A DNA stretch of 60,563 nucleotides, taken from Candidatus Peribacteraceae bacterium. GTDB lineage: Bacteria; Patescibacteriota; Gracilibacteria; Peribacterales; Peribacteraceae. Of the stretch, positions 24,959 through 35,050 are shown piece by piece. The notes beneath the pieces were generated by a model. It saw only the letters and a list, made by a program, of their open reading frames with translations. It was not told the DNA's origin and searched no databases. Every line of letters starts with the position of its first letter. The stretch's first letter is position 1. The stretch spans positions 1 through 60,563 of the forward strand of contig JAQTQU010000001.1 of the NCBI GenBank assembly GCA_028712095.1. Direction: 5' to 3'. The position numbers and the translations under genes were made by a program.

Positions 24959-27409
24959 GTGCCCCTACTGTCCTCGTCATACCATGTCCCTATGGCGATG
25001 TTCCGCCTCGCACCGGATTGTCTGCTACAATTCCGTTCCGTGAGACGGATAATCGTGTTTTTCCTCCTTGGGCTTGTGATCAGTGCTACCCCCGCCTTCG
25101 CCGAGGTTCCGGCGGCCGGGGCTGCGCAACCGGATACATTTCTCGATGTTGTCGGGCATCCGCAGGCGCCGCAGATCGAGATGCTCCGCATCCACGGTAT
25201 CGTGCAGGGGTACGAGTACGGGCTCTACCGTCCCGACATTCTGATCAACCGCGCGGAATTCCTGAAGATCCTCATGCTCGCGGTGTACGGACAGGAAGCC
25301 GCCGGTTCCGCGACTGCATGCTTTGCGGACTTCACGGGCGAGCCGCAGTGGTTCTGGGGGGCCGCCTGTACCGCAAAAGAGAACGGTATTCTCACGGGAT
25401 ACCCGGATGGCACATTCCGCGGCGCGCAGACGGTGAATCTGGTCGAGGCGCTCGCCATGGCGGAACGCGCGTGGCAGATGCCGGCCCCGCACTACTTTCA
25501 TGAACCGTCCTACTGGTACGACCCGTACTTCGACGCGGTACTGGGCAGCGGCATTGCCGAGTACTTTCTGCGCGATCCCGCCCACCTGCTCACACGCGGA
25601 GATGCCGCATGGATCCTGATCGCACTCGGGCAGAACATTGCCACCGTCGAAGCGCCCGTATCCTCCTCCTCTGCCTCGTCGGTTTCTTCGGTTTCCTCTG
25701 CCTCTTCTGCTTCCTCCGTCTACGTCCACAATGTCTGCGGCAACGGGGTCAAAGAGGGCACGGAGCAGTGTGATGACGGCAATGCCGAGGACGGGGACGG
25801 ATGCAGCTCGCTCTGCATTATCGTGCCCGAGCCGGTGCAGCACTCCGCGATCCGGCTGGATCAGCGTGCCATCGGTACGGATACGGTCGCCGGCGGATCC
25901 AGCCAGACGGTCCTCTTCTCGTTCGATGCCAATGCGCGTTGGCAGGATGCCATTCTCACGGGGCTCAAGTTTGATGCGGAATACGGGGCCTTCACCGTCG
26001 CGGTGAACTACCGTCTCTATGACGATGGCGATGGCGACGGCAAACCGGAGACGCTGGTGGGTACGGGGCTGGTGCGCGACGACGTGCTTTCCTTCTCGGG
26101 CCTGGGTGCGCGGATTTTCACCAGCCGCGGCAAACGTTTCGAAATCCGGGCGGATCTGGTGCAGACCACGGGCAGCGTGGCTCTGGGGTTCCGTACGTCC
26201 GACAGCGCGTACGTCGAAGCCGTCGGCGCCATCGACGGACGCGAGCTCACCGGCATCCGTACCGATCAGGGGAGTTGCCCCCGTACCGACAACTGCTGGA
26301 TTGCGGTGTACACGCTCGACGCCACTTCCATTTCGCTGACAGAGCGCGGCAATCTGTTCGTTACGGCGGCATCGCAACCGGTTCGTAATCACGAGCTCCT
26401 TGCGGGGGCCGGCACCGCAGATCTGTTGCGTGTAAGTTTCCGCGCGACGGACGAAGACATCCGCGTCCGCAGGATGACGATTGCGGGAGCGACCGATGCA
26501 GTCACTGAACTTCAGTTCTTCGATCCGGCGGCCGCTGTGCCGTTCGCCACGGCGCACACATCCGGCTGCCACGAACCGTCTGCCGGCAAGTTCTGCACGG
26601 CCGTGGACTTCACGGTGCGCAAAGATGTACTGCGGGACGTGATCGTGCGGGCGTTGCTCAAGTCCGCGGATGACGGGGCACGGAGCGGCGATACCATTGC
26701 GCTTACACTCTCCGCCTCTGTTGCGGGTCCCGACAATGCCGTGGAGGCCACAGGCGTCGCCTCGCAGGAGGATCTCGTGCAGAATGACGGAGATTTCAGC
26801 GCGGAGGGAGAAGTGTTCATCGGTCGCGCCGCGGCAGGAGCAAACAACGCGATCACGGGTCCCGTGCACGATGTGGTTCATGCCGCGCTCGCAAGTATTG
26901 CCAATGCCTCCGACGATCCGGATGGAACGGCGGTCCCCACTGGCTTGCGGACCATCGGCGTTTTCCGCTTTGTCGCGCAGCCGAAACCTGCAGTCGCCCG
27001 GGCCACCCGCTCCGTCGCGCTCATCACGCTCTCCTTCGACGTGACGGCCATCAACGTGCAGTTCTTCTCCACCGGCAGTTTTGTGATGGTGAACATGATT
27101 GCGCCATCCGTTTCGACGCCCTGCACCGCCGCGTCCCGCACGGGGGTCATCCGCGTGACGTGTTCCGGTTTTGCTGCTTACGGTGTGGATACGCTCATTC
27201 CCTTCGGCGGTTCCATCACTGTGGGATTGCGGGGGTTCATCGAGAGTCCTCAAGTGGTGACGGGCACAAGTATGCTGCAGGTGAGCCTCACGTCCCTCAA
27301 TAACCGCGATGCGGCGGGAGGGGTGACGTGGAATGACGGGACCAATGTTTTCCGGTGGGTGGATATTCCCGAAACGGACGTGCAGTCCACGCTCTACAGG
27401 TTGCCGTAA
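24959..27409 (+). CDS. large secreted SLH-domain protein with a Cys-rich (Myxococcus-type) repeat and a beta-rich C-terminal region
   Basis: 816 aa. Signal peptide (IIVFFLLGLVISATPAFA). SLH repeats: FLDVVGHPQAPQIEMLRIHGIVQGY, FADFTGEPQWFWGAACTAKENGILTGYPDGTFRG. Ser-rich linker. Cys-rich repeat: CGNGVKEGTEQCDDGNAEDGDGCSSLC. Confidence 0.8.
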   Translation: MPLLSSSYHVPMAMFRLAPDCLLQFRSVRRIIVFFLLGLVISATPAFAEVPAAGAAQPDTFLDVVGHPQAPQIEMLRIHGIVQGYEYGLYRPDILINRAEFLKILMLAVYGQEAAGSATACFADFTGEPQWFWGAACTAKENGILTGYPDGTFRGAQTVNLVEALAMAERAWQMPAPHYFHEPSYWYDPYFDAVLGSGIAEYFLRDPAHLLTRGDAAWILIALGQNIATVEAPVSSSSASSVSSVSSASSASSVYVHNVCGNGVKEGTEQCDDGNAEDGDGCSSLCIIVPEPVQHSAIRLDQRAIGTDTVAGGSSQTVLFSFDANARWQDAILTGLKFDAEYGAFTVAVNYRLYDDGDGDGKPETLVGTGLVRDDVLSFSGLGARIFTSRGKRFEIRADLVQTTGSVALGFRTSDSAYVEAVGAIDGRELTGIRTDQGSCPRTDNCWIAVYTLDATSISLTERGNLFVTAASQPVRNHELLAGAGTADLLRVSFRATDEDIRVRRMTIAGATDAVTELQFFDPAAAVPFATAHTSGCHEPSAGKFCTAVDFTVRKDVLRDVIVRALLKSADDGARSGDTIALTLSASVAGPDNAVEATGVASQEDLVQNDGDFSAEGEVFIGRAAAGANNAITGPVHDVVHAALASIANASDDPDGTAVPTGLRTIGVFRFVAQPKPAVARATRSVALITLSFDVTAINVQFFSTGSFVMVNMIAPSVSTPCTAASRTGVIRVTCSGFAAYGVDTLIPFGGSITVGLRGFIESPQVVTGTSMLQVSLTSLNNRDAAGGVTWNDGTNVFRWVDIPETDVQSTLYRLP

Positions 27410-27468
27410 TTTTCTCCACCGTTCTTCCTTACCAGCAGTCTCTCTTGAAGAAAGAGGATTCAGGTGGT

Positions 27469-29265
27469 TTATCGCCGTGCCCGGCGACGGTCATTGTCGG
27501 TCAGCAGTTTCTTGCGCAGCCTGATGCTGACGGGTGTCACCTCGACCAGCTCATCTTCCGCGATGTACTCCAGTGCCTGCTCCAACGTCATGGGCTGCAC
27601 GGGCACGAGGTTGATGGCCTCGTCGGTGCCCGAGGCGCGCATATTCGAAAGTTTCTTCTCTTTGGTCGGGTTCACGGTCATCTCGTCCGCTTTGTTGCTC
27701 TCGCCCACGATCATACCCACGTAGACTTTGGTCTGCGGCACGATGAAGAGGCGCCCGCGCTCCTGCAGGCCCCACAGCGCGAAGGCCACCGCCACGCCGT
27801 TCTCCATGGAGATCATGGAGCCGTGCGATTTGTGCTGGAGATCGCCTTTGAACGGTTCGTACGCGATGAACGAGTGCGTGAGAATGCCCTCGCCGCGCGT
27901 TTCGATGATGAAATCCCCGCGGAATCCGAGGAGCCCGCGCGTGGGCACTTTGTACTCCAGCCGCGTGTGATGCTCGTGCGTCTTCATATCCGAAATCTCG
28001 CCCTTGCGGCGGGCGAGCATATCGATCACGGTGCCGGTGAATTCCTCGGGCACGTCGATGATGGCCTGTTCGATGGGCTCCATCTGCACCCCGTTCTCCT
28101 CCTTCATAATCACCTCCGGCTGCGATACCTGCAGCTCGAAGCCCTCGCGGCGCATGCCCTCGATCAGCACCGACAGATGCAGCTCGCCGCGGCCCGAGAC
28201 TTTGTACGTGTCGGAATTGGGGATCTCTTCCACTTTCAGTCCCACGTTCGTTTCTTTCTCCTTCTCCAGCCGCGCCTTGATGTGTCGGGTGGTCACCAGC
28301 TTTCCCTCCTTGCCTGCGAACGGGGAATTATTCACGAGGAAGTTCATCGAGATCGTGGGAGGATCGATCTGGATCGCGGGGAGCAGATCGGCATCTGCAT
28401 CCGTCGTGATCGTCTCGCCCACGTTGATGTCGGCAATGCCCGCAATCGTCACGATGTCTCCCGCGTGCGCTTCGCTCACTTCACTGCGCTTGAGTCCGTC
28501 GGCTACCATCACTTTCGCAACTTTGGCTTTGCGTACTTCCCCGTCCTGCGTCTTGATGAAGACCGAGTCGCCCGGTCGTGCGATGCCCTCGTACACCCGT
28601 CCCACGGCGAGACGCCCGAGGTAGTTGTCGTAGGCGAGGCTGCTGGGCTGCATGCGGAACGGGGCCGTGAGGTTCTGCTCCGCCTCCGGCACGTGTTCCA
28701 TGATGAGATCGAAGAGGGGAGTCAGATCCTCGGAGCGATCTTCGATTGTGCGTTTGGCAATGCCCTCGCGCGCCACGGCGAAGAGGTAGGGGAAATCAAG
28801 CTGCTGCTCGTTGGCGTTGAGGGCCACGATGAGATCGAAGACCTCATCCACCACCTCCATGGGGCGGGCGGCGGGCTTGTCGATTTTGTTGATGATGACG
28901 ATGGGTTTCAGGCCCAGTTCGAGAGATTTCTTGAGGACGAACTTGGTCTGGGGCATGGGGCCCTCCTGCGCGTCCACCACGAGGAGCACGCTGTCGACCG
29001 TGCGCAGAATGCGCTCCACCTCCGAGCCGAAGTCGGCGTGCCCGGGGGTATCGACGATGTTGATCTTACAATCCCTGTAGTGGATGGAGGTGTTCTTGGC
29101 GTAGATGGTGATGCCGCGCTCTTTCTCCTGCACGTTTGAGTCCATCATCAACTCGCCAACCTCTTCGTAGTCCTTGAACGCGCCGCCCTGTTTTAAGAGC
29201 GCATCCACGAGTGTGGTTTTTCCGTGGTCGACGTGCGCGATGATTGCTATGTTCCGAATGGACAT
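27469..29265 (-). CDS. typA: translational GTPase TypA/BipA
   Basis: 598 aa. Motifs: [36 protein letters not shown]. Collinear with BipA. Confidence 0.95.
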   Translation of the reverse strand: MSIRNIAIIAHVDHGKTTLVDALLKQGGAFKDYEEVGELMMDSNVQEKERGITIYAKNTSIHYRDCKINIVDTPGHADFGSEVERILRTVDSVLLVVDAQEGPMPQTKFVLKKSLELGLKPIVIINKIDKPAARPMEVVDEVFDLIVALNANEQQLDFPYLFAVAREGIAKRTIEDRSEDLTPLFDLIMEHVPEAEQNLTAPFRMQPSSLAYDNYLGRLAVGRVYEGIARPGDSVFIKTQDGEVRKAKVAKVMVADGLKRSEVSEAHAGDIVTIAGIADINVGETITTDADADLLPAIQIDPPTISMNFLVNNSPFAGKEGKLVTTRHIKARLEKEKETNVGLKVEEIPNSDTYKVSGRGELHLSVLIEGMRREGFELQVSQPEVIMKEENGVQMEPIEQAIIDVPEEFTGTVIDMLARRKGEISDMKTHEHHTRLEYKVPTRGLLGFRGDFIIETRGEGILTHSFIAYEPFKGDLQHKSHGSMISMENGVAVAFALWGLQERGRLFIVPQTKVYVGMIVGESNKADEMTVNPTKEKKLSNMRASGTDEAINLVPVQPMTLEQALEYIAEDELVEVTPVSIRLRKKLLTDNDRRRARR

Positions 29266-29493
29266 TGATGGAGGGGGGCAATCACCCTGAGTGAAGTCGA
29301 ATGGGTGATGGCAATGTTACGGATACTCATGCTGTCAGAGTGCTCACTTGCCCGGCGAAGCCCAAAGGGCGAAGACGGGTGAATCCCATGTACTTTACCA
29401 GAATTCGGCACTTGCGGGAATGGTCTGGAGGGTATTTCACGCATAAAAAGACGCCCAATGCTTGGCTAGTGGCCTTGGGAGAATACGTATACC

Positions 29494-31626
29494 ATGAAAG
29501 ACTTTATGGCTTCTGTGTCACCGTCCACCGGTCGCGTGCAGCCGAAAACGAAGAGGCGCCGGATCCTCAGACACAGTCTGCTCGCCAATTTTCTCATTCT
29601 CTGTGCGATACTGGTGATCCAGCTCTGCGGGCTCTGGTCCTGGCTCCGTCTGGTGGGCGCCGGAAGTTTCATGCGGCCCCAGAGCGTCATTCTCACGGAC
29701 GCAAACGGTGCGGAGCTGCGGCGGGTGTACTGGGAGCAGGATCGTCTGGAGCTGGCGGACGATGCATTTTCGCCGTTGCTGAAGCAGGCGGTGATCGCCA
29801 TCGAGGACGAGCGGTTCTTTGACCGCGGCTGTATCGATGTGCGCGCCATTGTCAGAGCGGCGATTGCCAATCTCACGCAGTCCGAATCGCAGGGGGCATC
29901 GACCATCACGCAGCAGCTCACGGGGAACCTGCTGCTCGACCGCAGGGACAAGAGCGTTGCGCGCAAGACGGTGGAATCGCTGCTTGCCTGCCGGCTGGAG
30001 CAGGTCGCCACGCGCGAACAGATTCTGGGTCTCTACCTCAATCACATGGCGTTCGGCGGCACCCTGTACGGGGCGGAGGAGGCGAGTCGCACGTACTTCG
30101 GCGTGAGCGCGCGCGATCTCACGCTCGGACAGTCTGTCGTGCTGGCCGCCATGCTGCAGCGGCCCACGTACTTCAGTCCGTACGGTATCCATCTGCACAC
30201 GGCAATCTCCCGCGAAGCCGCAAACGCCATCCGTGCAGGTTCCATCCAATCTGCGGAACAGATCCCGTCCGCAGACATCACAATCGGACTCCTCGGCACG
30301 CATTTTCTCACTGCCACGGGGTCGGTGTACGTGCGGGGACGCACCGATCTGGTGCTGGATGCCATGCAGCGCAGCGGCTTCATCGGCGAGGCGCGGCTGG
30401 CACTGGCGCGCGAAGAGCTGAAGAGCATGCGGTTTGAGCAGCGCACCGCGGCAGTCGCCATGCCGTATTTCGCGCTCGAAGTGCAGCGGCAGCTCAAGGA
30501 CGGCGCGGTGCCGACGGGCTATCCGTGCGATACGCGCGCCGGCGGCTGCATCGTTGAGACCACGCTCGACCCCGCGTTTCAGTCGCTCGCCGAGCGCATC
30601 GTTCAGGAGCACGCCGATGAGATCCGCGCGCGGTACGGTGCCGCGAATATCGCGCTCGTAGCGGCGGACCGCGCGACGGGGAACATCCTCGCCTATGTCG
30701 GCAACGTGCGGTACAGCGACAGCGAACCGGGATCGATGATCGACATGGCGCGCGTGCCGCGCCAGCCGGGCTCGAGCTTCAAACCCTTCGTGTACGCCGC
30801 GGCGTTCGACGCGGGCCTCACCCCCACCACGTTCCTGCTGGATGCGCCCATTTCGCTCGGCGGGGATGAGCCGAAGAATTACGAAGGCGGCTACCGCAGC
30901 TGGACGAAGATCAGCCATGCGCTGGCGGCCTCGCGCAATATTCCCGCGATTCTGGCTCTGTTCTACGCCGGAGGGGAGGATGCCGTCCTGCAGACGGCTG
31001 CACGGACCGGCATCGTGACGCCGTCCTCGGTGCGCGAACGGGAACGGAAGACGTATTCCCAGTTTGCGTTCGGGTATCCGCTCGCCATCGGTTCCGCCGA
31101 GGTGCCGCTGCTCGAAATGGTGCAGGGGTACCTGACCCTCGCCAATGCCGGCATCCGGCGGCCGCTCACGGCGGTTCGAAGCGTAAAGGCGGTGGATGGT
31201 ACGCTCCTAAGCCCGTTGCCTGCTCCTCCTGCGCAGGCGATCATTCCGCTCTACGCGCGGTGGCTCACATGGATTCTCAGTGATACCTCCATCCGCCCCA
31301 CGCCCGCGTGGAATGCGGCGCTCACCGTTCCCGGCATTCAGGCGGCCGTGAAGACGGGCACGTCGGATCGCTGCGTTCACTACGACTTTGCGAGCGGCCG
31401 GTGCACGCAGCTGCCCGGCGATGTGTGGACGCTGGGCTATAGCCCCGAGTTCGTGCTGGGCATCTGGGCGGGCAATGCCGATTACTCGCCTCTGGCACGG
31501 GACGCGAACGGCATGGACGTGACGGCGCCGCTGTGGAGGGAATTCATCGTGGGCGCGCACGCGCTCCGTCCTGACGGTGCCACACGGTTTCCGCCGGAGT
31601 TGATCGCGAAGAAGAGGAGCGACTGA
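29494..31626 (+). CDS. class A penicillin-binding protein (glycosyltransferase GT51 + transpeptidase)
   Basis: 710 aa. N-terminal TM helix. GT51 motifs: AVIAIEDERFFDRGCIDV, GASTITQQL. Transpeptidase motifs: SSFKP (SxxK), and KTGTS. Confidence 0.93.
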   Translation: MKDFMASVSPSTGRVQPKTKRRRILRHSLLANFLILCAILVIQLCGLWSWLRLVGAGSFMRPQSVILTDANGAELRRVYWEQDRLELADDAFSPLLKQAVIAIEDERFFDRGCIDVRAIVRAAIANLTQSESQGASTITQQLTGNLLLDRRDKSVARKTVESLLACRLEQVATREQILGLYLNHMAFGGTLYGAEEASRTYFGVSARDLTLGQSVVLAAMLQRPTYFSPYGIHLHTAISREAANAIRAGSIQSAEQIPSADITIGLLGTHFLTATGSVYVRGRTDLVLDAMQRSGFIGEARLALAREELKSMRFEQRTAAVAMPYFALEVQRQLKDGAVPTGYPCDTRAGGCIVETTLDPAFQSLAERIVQEHADEIRARYGAANIALVAADRATGNILAYVGNVRYSDSEPGSMIDMARVPRQPGSSFKPFVYAAAFDAGLTPTTFLLDAPISLGGDEPKNYEGGYRSWTKISHALAASRNIPAILALFYAGGEDAVLQTAARTGIVTPSSVRERERKTYSQFAFGYPLAIGSAEVPLLEMVQGYLTLANAGIRRPLTAVRSVKAVDGTLLSPLPAPPAQAIIPLYARWLTWILSDTSIRPTPAWNAALTVPGIQAAVKTGTSDRCVHYDFASGRCTQLPGDVWTLGYSPEFVLGIWAGNADYSPLARDANGMDVTAPLWREFIVGAHALRPDGATRFPPELIAKKRSD

Positions 31627-31806
31627 GGATGGGGGAAACCTCCATCCCCCTGCCCCTTCCTCCCGTGGAGGAAGGGGAGTACTTCAACATGTGAAACAGC
31701 CACAAACACATACATTCCCCCTCCCCGACCGTCCGTAGCTTCGAAGGAGCGAAGGCGGTTCCTCGGGAGAGGGGGTGAGGGGGAGAGGTTGAGTGAAAGA
31801 GAATGC

Positions 31807-31842
31807 AAAAACCCCGCGTCCGTCTTTCGAGGGAACACGGGG
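31807..31842 (-). terminator. intrinsic terminator of the cold-shock gene
   Basis: On the minus strand: CCCCGTGTTC...GGACGCGGGG followed by TTTTT, 16 nt after the stop. Confidence 0.6.
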
Positions 31843-31857
31843 CATGCGAGAGACGAA

Positions 31858-32052
31858 TCAGGCTTTGACCACGTTCTCCGCCTTCGGACCCTTATCACCC
31901 TGCACGATGTCGAACTGCACGGTGTCGCCGACATTCATACTGTCGTACTGACCGGCGCAGGCGCTGTTGTGAAAAAACACATCAGCCGAACCTTCGACGG
32001 TGATAAAACCGAAGCCCTTCTCGGTCTTCGTCTTGATAGTGCCTGTAGCCAT
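31858..32052 (-). CDS. cspA: cold-shock protein (CspA family)
   Basis: 64 aa. RNP1/RNP2-like motifs: KGFGFITVEG, DVFFH. Confidence 0.93.
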   Translation of the reverse strand: MATGTIKTKTEKGFGFITVEGSADVFFHNSACAGQYDSMNVGDTVQFDIVQGDKGPKAENVVKA

Positions 32053-32196
32053 GACTGTAAATGGGGAAAAAAAATGTGTCGAATGACGGGGGGATTCTAG
32101 ACGCTCTTTTCATCCAAAGCCACCATAATCTCCTCATTATGCGCATGCGGCGGATGGGGCGTCCCGTGGCGCGTACCGCGGGTCCGTTCCGAACGG

Positions 32197-33609
32197 ATGA
32201 AGCCGCAACCGGCATGCTGCGCTATGCTCTTCATCATGTGCAGATGCCCCGATCGCAACGTTTGGGTGTCGGTTGTGCTCCTCTGGGGATTGCTGGCGCC
32301 TTGCGTACATGCGCTGACCGCCCCGCCCTTCCCCGACATGGAGACATCGTGGTACGGGTATCAGCAGAGTGTCGCGTACCTCAAAGACAAGGGCTCCATT
32401 GGCGGGTACCCAGACGGGCTCTTTCGTCCGCAGGCCACGATCAACCGCGCGGAGTTCCTCAAGCTCGTCTTCCGTTCCAAGGGAACAGTGCAGCCCGCCA
32501 CGCGTGACTGTTTCGCCGATGTGCCGTCTGATGCGTGGTTCGCGCCGTTCGTGTGTGCGGCCAAACAGCGTGGCATTATTCAGGGCTACAGCGTGGGCTC
32601 GCGCTCTGTCTTCAGGCCCGATCAGCCCATCATCTTTGCCGAGGCGATCAAGATGGCGGTGCTGTCGTACGGCAGCGAGATCGCCGAGGGCAGCGGAGAA
32701 CAGTGGTACCGGCCGTACGTGGAGGAGCTCGACCGGCAGAACATCCTCGCGCGCTCTTCGTACATTCCGTGGGCGCCCATCACGCGCGAGCGCGCGGCCG
32801 ATCTGATCGCCCGCTACGTGCGGCATGATGAAGACCGCGTCATTCCCAATCTCTCACCCGGCTGCGGCAAATCCGCCCTTAACCCTTCGCTCACGCTCAC
32901 CGTGGGCGGGCAGGAGAGAACGTACCTGCTCACGCGCCCCGCCTCTGCCGATGCCAATACGCCCTCGCCGCTGATCGTGGCGTTTCATGGTCGCACCAAC
33001 AGTAATGATCAGGTGCGTGCCTACTTCGGTCTGGACGATGCCGCGTCCGGATATTTCATCGCCTACCCGTCCGGTATTCCCACCGGCAACGGCAGTTACT
33101 CGTGGTCGGATCCCGGTGACAAGGCGCAGGAGCTGCGCGATTACGCGTTCTTCGACGCCCTGGTGCGCGAAATCGGCGAGAGCGTGTGCATCGACTTAGA
33201 CCGCATTTTCGTCGTCGGGCACTCACTGGGCGCGTGGTTTGCCAATTCGGTGGCATGTGCGCGCGGGGGCGTAGTGCGCGCGTCGGCAACCGTGGGCGGG
33301 TCCACGACCATGCAGGAATGCACAGGGCCGACCGCGGCCATGATCATCAATAATCCCAAAGACACGCTTTCGTCTGCGGTGACGGCCGAGTCGATGCGCG
33401 ATATCCGTATCAGCGCCAATACGTGTTCGACGAAGAGCTCAACAACGGAGCCTGCGGCGCTCTCGTGCGTGCAGTACGCCGATTGCCCGTTAAACCCCGT
33501 CGTCTTCTGCCCGCATACCATCAATCAGGATTACAAGGGTAATTACTATCCGCACGTGTGGCCCGATGGTACCGCGCAGGCGATGGTGAAGTTTTTCGGG
33601 GGGTTGTAG
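32197..33609 (+). CDS. secreted SLH-domain esterase (PHB-depolymerase / LpqC-like alpha/beta hydrolase)
   Basis: 470 aa. SLH repeats: FPDMETSWYGYQQSVAYLKDKGSIGGYPDGLFRP, FADVPSDAWFAPFVCAAKQRGIIQGY. Hydrolase part: PLIVAFHGRTNSN and the nucleophile elbow VVGHSLGAW. Confidence 0.8.
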   Translation: MKPQPACCAMLFIMCRCPDRNVWVSVVLLWGLLAPCVHALTAPPFPDMETSWYGYQQSVAYLKDKGSIGGYPDGLFRPQATINRAEFLKLVFRSKGTVQPATRDCFADVPSDAWFAPFVCAAKQRGIIQGYSVGSRSVFRPDQPIIFAEAIKMAVLSYGSEIAEGSGEQWYRPYVEELDRQNILARSSYIPWAPITRERAADLIARYVRHDEDRVIPNLSPGCGKSALNPSLTLTVGGQERTYLLTRPASADANTPSPLIVAFHGRTNSNDQVRAYFGLDDAASGYFIAYPSGIPTGNGSYSWSDPGDKAQELRDYAFFDALVREIGESVCIDLDRIFVVGHSLGAWFANSVACARGGVVRASATVGGSTTMQECTGPTAAMIINNPKDTLSSAVTAESMRDIRISANTCSTKSSTTEPAALSCVQYADCPLNPVVFCPHTINQDYKGNYYPHVWPDGTAQAMVKFFGGL

Positions 33610-33610
33610 G
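33557..33610 (+). repeat. direct repeat R1 (3' end of the esterase gene)
   Basis: TGTGGCCCGATGGTACCGCGCAGGCGATGGTGAAGTTTTTCGGGGGGTTGTAGG. It is repeated at 34504..34556 with 1 substitution plus a small indel. Confidence 0.9.
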
Positions 33611-33645
33611 GGAATTGACATCATTGTTCTACCCGTGTTTCCCTA

Positions 33646-33876
33646 TCAGATTTCTTTCAGGATTTTAAGGTATGTCTCGACAGAGATACCCAATGTCCGA
33701 AGATTCGAAGCGACGAGGCTCTTCTCAACCAGACCTCGCGCAGGGACGACAACCGGTCGTGTCAGTCCATTTTTCCAAAAAATCCGATGAGAACCTTTTT
33801 GCCGTGTAAAGTTACAGCCTATGTGATTTAAGAATCTTTCAAACGTTTGCCTCTTGATTGGTTTTAGGCCGGACAT
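33646..33876 (-). CDS. hicA: type II toxin HicA
   Basis: 76 aa. HicA/YcfA pattern: FERFLNHIGCNFTRQKGSHRIFWK...VVVP. Overlaps the upstream partner by 13 nt. Confidence 0.85.
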   Translation of the reverse strand: MSGLKPIKRQTFERFLNHIGCNFTRQKGSHRIFWKNGLTRPVVVPARGLVEKSLVASNLRTLGISVETYLKILKEI

Positions 33877-34286
33877 GACCTTCTGTTGTTCAGGGGGATA
33901 ACTGCCAGGGCTGTCAGCTCAATATCTTTTCCGATTCTCTCTGATTCAGGAAACTTGGAAAATGTTGGAGGTTGCATTTTTCCAGCCTGCTTATTCCACC
34001 CACACCGCAAAAGGTCTTTTTCCAAAGTTCCTTTTGTCATCGTTTCCTCGAGATAAATATCGAAAATATCCTCAAAGTTTTTTTGAACATCTTTTACGCT
34101 TTTTCCTTGTGCTGCCAAATCCAAAGCAGGTGCATAGGCAATATACGAACGACCTTCCTTAAAAATAGCGACATTCAAACTTCCGTTCACTTGAAAGTGC
34201 ACTTTTTGCCCATGCTTCTTTTCGATCTTCCGCATGTCTGTACTATAAGTACCCTGTTGCTTTTGGTAAAGCAGAGCCGTGCCCAT
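33864..34286 (-). CDS. hicB: HicB-like antitoxin
   Basis: UPF0150/HicB N-domain pattern: VAIFKEGRSYIAYAPALDLAAQGKSVKDVQKNFEDIFDIYLEE. Candidate starts are the ATGs at 34286 and 34235. The ORF-track start at 34382 runs into GC-rich non-cassette-like sequence. Confidence 0.65.
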   Translation of the reverse strand: MGTALLYQKQQGTYSTDMRKIEKKHGQKVHFQVNGSLNVAIFKEGRSYIAYAPALDLAAQGKSVKDVQKNFEDIFDIYLEETMTKGTLEKDLLRCGWNKQAGKMQPPTFSKFPESERIGKDIELTALAVIPLNNRRSCPA

Positions 34287-34503
34287 ATTGAATGATAGAA
34301 ACGGCTGCGGGCTTTCCTTTAGATCTATCCGCGGCCATTTCATTCTTCCCGCGGCCAGGAATGGTTCGGCTGCGCTCACCACAGGCGGCCGCGTCTATGT
34401 GTGATCAATATTGCCCCCCGCACCCCAGCAGCAGCCCTTTTTATGGTGAGCGAAGTCGAACCACGCGGCTGCGGCTTCCCGGGAAAACAGCGGTTTCCTC
34501 GTT

Positions 34504-34556
34504 TGTGGCCCGATGGTACCGCGCAGGCGATGGTGAGGTTTTTGAGGGGTTGTAGG
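34504..34556 (+). repeat. direct repeat R2 (displaced copy of the esterase 3' end)
   Basis: See the R1 entry. It would read WPDGTAQAMVRFLRGCRFDG* compared with WPDGTAQAMVKFFGGL* in the intact gene. Confidence 0.9.
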
Positions 34557-34577
34557 TTTGATGGGTAGGCGGAACAG

Positions 34578-35033
34578 TCATGCCAACTTTTTGGATAACC
34601 TACGAAGGATAGCAATCATTTTAGGCATATCAGCAGCTGGAACAAAAGGACACGATTGTCCCCACCACCATCTATTTTTTGGAGTCACAATGTAGTAACC
34701 AATGCGATATTCCACATCACCTATTTTTGCACCGCCACTGTGATGACTCTTACCACTTCTTTTGATCATACGTAGTTTTTCAATAACAAATGCTTTATTG
34801 CCGTTTAAGTTCTTCTGTTCAAAAATTTCCCAATCCTCACGCAAGTAATAGTGATATCCATCTCTGCCGATATCTTTGAATTCTAAAAGGTCTTTCTGTT
34901 TTTCCCCATTCATTAAATAGCGGCGTAAATCATCTTCAAACTGCATATTTTTCTTGGCTTTAAATTCTTTAAAAGTGAGGACATTTTGCATCTTTTGGAT
35001 TTCATATCCGTGACTTGTCTTTTGTTGAGGCAT
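34578..35033 (-). CDS. hypothetical protein (151 aa), third gene of the AT-rich operon
   Basis: Clean ORF with Lys/Glu-rich AT-type codon usage and a Trp-rich C-terminal motif (PKNRWWWGQSCPFVPAAD). No family recognised. Confidence 0.6.
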   Translation of the reverse strand: MPQQKTSHGYEIQKMQNVLTFKEFKAKKNMQFEDDLRRYLMNGEKQKDLLEFKDIGRDGYHYYLREDWEIFEQKNLNGNKAFVIEKLRMIKRSGKSHHSGGAKIGDVEYRIGYYIVTPKNRWWWGQSCPFVPAADMPKMIAILRRLSKKLA

Positions 35034-35050
35034 AAGAGGGATTTGGTTAA

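Noticed and set aside
34443-34492. tRNA-like 3' fragment (minus strand ...GGTTCGACTTCGCTCACCA)
   Set aside because: It has a TTCGA-containing segment and a CCA-like end, but no T stem, anticodon arm or 5' acceptor strand can be drawn. It is probably a chance resemblance or a very decayed remnant.
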